NCBI GenBank assembly: GCA_964442745.1
Contig: CAYUAI010000011.1
Span: forward strand, 4,873 to 68,872
Length of the DNA stretch: 64,000 nucleotides
Direction of reading: 5' to 3'
DNA from: an uncultured Chromatiales bacterium
GTDB taxonomy: Bacteria > Pseudomonadota > Gammaproteobacteria > S012-40
Numbering within the stretch: the stretch's first letter is position 1; the number at the start of each line of letters is the position of its first letter. The notes under the pieces are model-generated. The model saw only the letters and a program-made list of their open reading frames with translations, searched no databases and had not been told where the DNA came from. Below, piece by piece: positions 61,930 to 64,000 of this stretch. A program made the position numbers and the translations under genes.

Positions 61930-64000
61930 ATGCAAGAAATTCTAACGTTAGAGATCGCTGTTCCGGTCCCGCTCTATAAAACATTTGATTACCTACCTCC
62001 CGACGGTTATATCGAACAACATCTGCGTCCTGGCATGCGGTTCAGTGTGCCATTTGGTAGAACCACCACAGTTGGGTTACTTATTGATCTAAAAAAAAAA
62101 CCACCGCCCAGTCACTACCAACTGAAAGCAGCCATCCGCTGCCTAGATGTAGAGCCCATCATTAGCCCGGAACACTTGCTTTGGATTCAGTGGCTCAGTG
62201 AATATTATCACTATCCTTTAGGTGAAACGATTTTCACCACCTTACCTAACATTTTAAAACGAACCAATGTTCAGGCTTCAGCCATAGAAACTCGCTGGTT
62301 TTTAGCCAATGAAATCAATGAAGAGCAACTGAGCAAGCTCAAACGTGCCCCTAAGCAAATCGCGTTTGTTCATTTATTGCGCCATACCCCTGATGGTGTC
62401 ACGCGAAATACCCTGCAAACCCATGACAAAAACTGGGCAGGTACCATTCAAAGACTGGTGAAACGAGGTTTGGTGATAGAAAAATCACTCCCCGTGAACC
62501 AGGTCCAGCCACCGACCATCAACCCTCGTCGGTTAGTCCACCCTCCCCTGCCCACGCTCAATGATGCACAACAATCGGCGGTCGATCACATCGTTAACCA
62601 GCCCCATCAATTTCATTGTTTTTTATTAAATGGCGTCACTGGCAGTGGCAAAACAGAAGTCTATTTAAGGGTGGTAGAGCATACCCTCAAACAACACAAA
62701 CAAGCGCTTATCGTTATCCCGGAAATTGGCTTAACGCCACAACTCGTTAAACGCTTTGAAGCGCGATTTAGTGCACCGGTCGCGTTAATGCATTCCAATC
62801 TTAACGAAACTGAACGCTGGCAAGCCTGGCAAAAAACGAAATTAGGTCATATTGCGATCCTGATTGGTACTCGCTCGGCTATTTTCACGCCATTTAAAGC
62901 CCTTGGTCTGATTATTGTTGATGAGGAACATGACAACTCTTTGAAACAGCAAGATAGCCTACGTTATCACGCACGGGATGCGGTCATCCTACGCGCCCAA
63001 CGTCACAATATTCCCATATTGCTGGGCTCTGCCACGCCTTCTTTTGAAAGCCTCATCAATGTACAAAAAAAGCGCTACACCGCCTTGGACTTGCCCGATA
63101 GAGCCGGCCTCGCTCGCAAACCCACCATCGATATCTTGGATTTGCGAGGCCAAACAATGACCGCCAATATCTCCGTCGCCTTGCTCAACATCATGGGACA
63201 ACACTTACAACGCCAAGAACAAGTCTTGCTTTTTTTAAACCGGCGAGGTTATGCGCCGACCTTAATTTGTCACGAATGCGGCTGGATCATGGATTGCCAT
63301 CGCTGCGATAGTCACATGACTATCCATAAAGCGAAAAAATTAATACGTTGCCATCACTGCGGCTACACCAAGACATTGCCCAAACAATGCCCAAGCTGTA
63401 GCAGCCTGGATTTGCGCGGCCTTGGCAGTGGCACAGAAAAAATCGAAGATATCTTGACCGCACATTTTCCTGAGCATGATGTCATCCGTATCGACCGTGA
63501 CACCACCCAACGAAAAAATGCCTTACAGAACTTATTAGAAAAAATCAACACCGGCAAAAGCCAGATCATTATCGGCACCCAAATGCTAGCCAAGGGACAC
63601 GACTTCCCTAATGTCACCTTAGTTGGCCTATTAGATGTTGACCAAGGACTGTTTGGTAGCGACTTTCGATCCAGCGAAAAAATGGCACAACTGATCACCC
63701 AGGTGGCAGGCCGTGCCGGCCGAGGCAGCAAAGCAGGACATGTGATTATTCAAACTTATCACCCAGAGCACCCCATGTTAAATCGACTGATTAAAGAGGG
63801 GTATAGCGTGTTTTCCCATTATGCCTTACAAGAACGACAAGTGACCGCCCTGCCGCCCTTTACCTTTGCCGCGTTATTCCGCGCAGAAGCCATCACTGAA
63901 ACATTACCCATCGACTTCTTAAACCAACTCAAACAACTATTGGCTAATCATCTCGATCAATTTCAAGGAAGCTGCCTAGGCCCAGTGCCTTCCCCTATCG
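61930..64000 (+). CDS. priA: Primosomal protein N' (replication-restart DNA helicase), N-terminal about 690 aa; continues beyond the window
   Basis: N-terminal 3'-DNA-binding domain (VPVPLYKTFDYLPP), Walker A GVTGSGKTE, DEEH box (IIVDEEHD) and the Cys-rich zinc-binding region (CHECGW..CHRCDS..CHHCGY..CPSC). Not in the ORF track because there is no stop within the window. Confidence 0.85.
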   Translation, partial: MQEILTLEIAVPVPLYKTFDYLPPDGYIEQHLRPGMRFSVPFGRTTTVGLLIDLKKKPPPSHYQLKAAIRCLDVEPIISPEHLLWIQWLSEYYHYPLGETIFTTLPNILKRTNVQASAIETRWFLANEINEEQLSKLKRAPKQIAFVHLLRHTPDGVTRNTLQTHDKNWAGTIQRLVKRGLVIEKSLPVNQVQPPTINPRRLVHPPLPTLNDAQQSAVDHIVNQPHQFHCFLLNGVTGSGKTEVYLRVVEHTLKQHKQALIVIPEIGLTPQLVKRFEARFSAPVALMHSNLNETERWQAWQKTKLGHIAILIGTRSAIFTPFKALGLIIVDEEHDNSLKQQDSLRYHARDAVILRAQRHNIPILLGSATPSFESLINVQKKRYTALDLPDRAGLARKPTIDILDLRGQTMTANISVALLNIMGQHLQRQEQVLLFLNRRGYAPTLICHECGWIMDCHRCDSHMTIHKAKKLIRCHHCGYTKTLPKQCPSCSSLDLRGLGSGTEKIEDILTAHFPEHDVIRIDRDTTQRKNALQNLLEKINTGKSQIIIGTQMLAKGHDFPNVTLVGLLDVDQGLFGSDFRSSEKMAQLITQVAGRAGRGSKAGHVIIQTYHPEHPMLNRLIKEGYSVFSHYALQERQVTALPPFTFAALFRAEAITETLPIDFLNQLKQLLANHLDQFQGSCLGPVPSPI

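Noticed and set aside
1-64000. Searched for CRISPR arrays, tRNA/rRNA genes, and integrase or transposase genes that could explain the island.
   Set aside because: No regularly spaced direct repeats, no tRNA-like T-arm/anticodon-arm signatures, and no recombinase ORF were seen in the window. Island mobility is therefore inferred only from repeats and composition.

Overview
The window looks like a chromosomal segment from a Gram-negative, probably gammaproteobacterial, sulfur-oxidizer-like organism. Its content, 5' to 3':

- **1-5977:** a dtd 3' fragment, a copper-efflux operon (copA-copZ-csoR), a cold-shock protein, DEAD-box helicase rhlE and a DUF1508 protein.
- **6425-12044:** a cytochrome cluster (a c7-like triheme cytochrome, then a TsdB/TsdA-like diheme pair) followed by a SulP/STAS transporter.
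- **12045-21100:** an AT-rich accessory island carrying a complete four-gene Zorya type I-like anti-phage operon (MotA-like zorA, MotB-like zorB, zorC, SNF2-helicase zorD with a C-terminal Mrr-type nuclease domain). Immediately downstream is a 'junkyard' of MITE-like elements, a truncated higB toxin, a DUF4143 ATPase fragment and a frameshifted PEP-CTERM/DUF1566 gene.
- **22119-28333:** glutamate dehydrogenase, mtfA and a membrane protein.
- **28587-57630:** a ~29-kb exosortase (XrtA)/PEP-CTERM exopolysaccharide locus. It contains glycosyltransferases, ugd, two sulfotransferases, a heparinase-II/III-like protein, a beta-helix protein, Wzy-like and flippase proteins, epsE/F/G-like export genes, an ATPase, a PrsT TPR lipoprotein and an XrtA-EpsI fusion.
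- **58130-64000:** a decayed gloA pseudogene, a cobalamin-salvage operon (cobU-cobS-PduO-type ATR-cbiB) and the 5' part of priA.

At least two families of small dispersed inverted-repeat (MITE/REP-like) elements and several pseudogenes are present. No tRNA, rRNA or CRISPR was seen.
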